A DNA stretch of 64,000 bases. Origin: Squalus acanthias (Eukaryota). The notes beneath the pieces were generated by a model. The model did not search any database and was not told the DNA's origin. It saw only the letters and a program-made list of their open reading frames with translations. The stretch spans positions 99,698,001 through 99,762,000 of the forward strand of contig CM059431.1 in the NCBI GenBank assembly GCA_030390025.1, written 5' to 3'. Both the position numbers and the translations under genes were made by a program. The first letter of the stretch is position 1. Each line of letters starts with the position of its first letter. Below are positions 63,049 through 64,000 of this stretch, piece after piece.

Positions 63049-63320
63049 TTGGAACAGGAGGAGACCATTCAGCCCCTCCGGCCTGTTCCGCCATTCAATC
63101 AGATCAGGGCTTTTGAGCAACAGGGGAGTCAAGGGTTATGGGGAACGGGCAGGAAAGTGGAGTTGAGGCCAAAATCGGATCAGCTTTGATCTCATCGAAT
63201 GGCGGAGCAGGCTCGAGGGGCCGAATGGCCGACTCTTGCCCCTATTTCTTATGTTCTTATGTTCTTATCCCTTAATACACTTAACCAACAAAAATCTAGC
63301 AATCTCAGTTTGGAAGTTTT
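63049..63320. mobile_element. CR1 type-b tail (+, about 63110-63266) nested in a CR1 type-c tail (-)
   Basis: 63049-63106 and 63267-63320 match 31193-31345; the middle matches 47955-48110. Confidence 0.8.
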
Positions 63321-63393
63321 ATGCACTGTAGCTATTTTTGAACTTTCTTAATGGCTTGTCATTTTCCAGGACTTTTGGATATTTTGAGACCAT

Positions 63394-64000
63394 TGGGCCG
63401 AATTTTGCGACCCCCCCTCAGGTGCGGACGAGGTGCGAAGCGCAGGCGCTGAAAACCGGCACTTGCGATCTGTCAAGAATCCTCTTGACAGATCATCCAC
63501 CTGCCCAAGAAAGGTGCCTCCGCGGGTGGAGAGTTGCGCTATTTGCACACATTCCGCCCGCTGAATGACTGTCAAATTCTACGCCTGGTAAGAGCGAGTG
63601 TAAGACCTGCTTTTACCAGCTTAAGAGTTTAAAAAATAGAAAAATGTAATTTTATCACTCATTTATAAATTAAAAATACTCTTCAAAAAGTAAGTTTATT
63701 TTTAGCCCCGTAAAATCATTTTTTTTTTCCAAAAATTAAATTTTTGTTTAAAATATTTAATTAAATGGCATTTTAATTAATTTTAAATGTGTAATGTTTT
63801 TTTTTAATTTATTTCATGTGTTGGTGTATTTTTTTTTTAGGTGATCCCCGTTCATACTCTAGACAGTTCTGTAGGTACGGACCTGTCAAAAGGTTGAATG
63901 GGGGATTCCCTTCTTCCATTGGTTGGGCCGGCTCACGTGATCCCAGGAGCGCCTACGAACCGCCCCTGGGATACGCGGGGCTCAGTCCGCGCGGACCCGG
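63394..64000. mobile_element. Possible end of another non-autonomous DNA transposon
   Basis: att|gggccgaattttgc start resembles the terminus of the 59039 element; GC-rich then AT-rich body; other end not seen. Confidence 0.35.

Overview
Vertebrate genomic DNA, almost certainly from a cartilaginous fish (shark): it carries HE1/V-SINE, SacSINE1-like Deu-domain SINEs and HER1-like CR1 LINEs. The window appears to lie inside one + strand gene of the intracellular FGF (FHF, FGF11-14) family. Only one exon is visible, the conserved 104-nt exon at 15865-15968 (best match FGF14). The rest looks intronic and is dominated by decayed mobile DNA: about 25 CR1 fragments with at least four distinct 3' ends, a second CR1-group LINE family, L2 fragments, three SINE families, a Gypsy gag-pol fossil, a probable solo LTR, MITEs, and palindromic Penelope-like insertions with hammerhead-ribozyme-like cores. 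The most unusual features are: (i) an 11.8-kb CA/CT/CG/GA dinucleotide satellite with kb-scale higher-order repeats; (ii) repeated birth of minisatellites inside retroelements (33-bp arrays in five Deu-SINE copies, 51-bp arrays at the 5' ends of two CR1s, a 37-bp array at the 5' end of an L2); (iii) the palindromic element with a 12-bp target-site duplication and a minimal hammerhead-like motif. All long ORFs in the ORF track are repeat artefacts or broken retroelement ORF2 pieces. Family names come from recalled motifs, not database searches, and most repeat boundaries are approximate.
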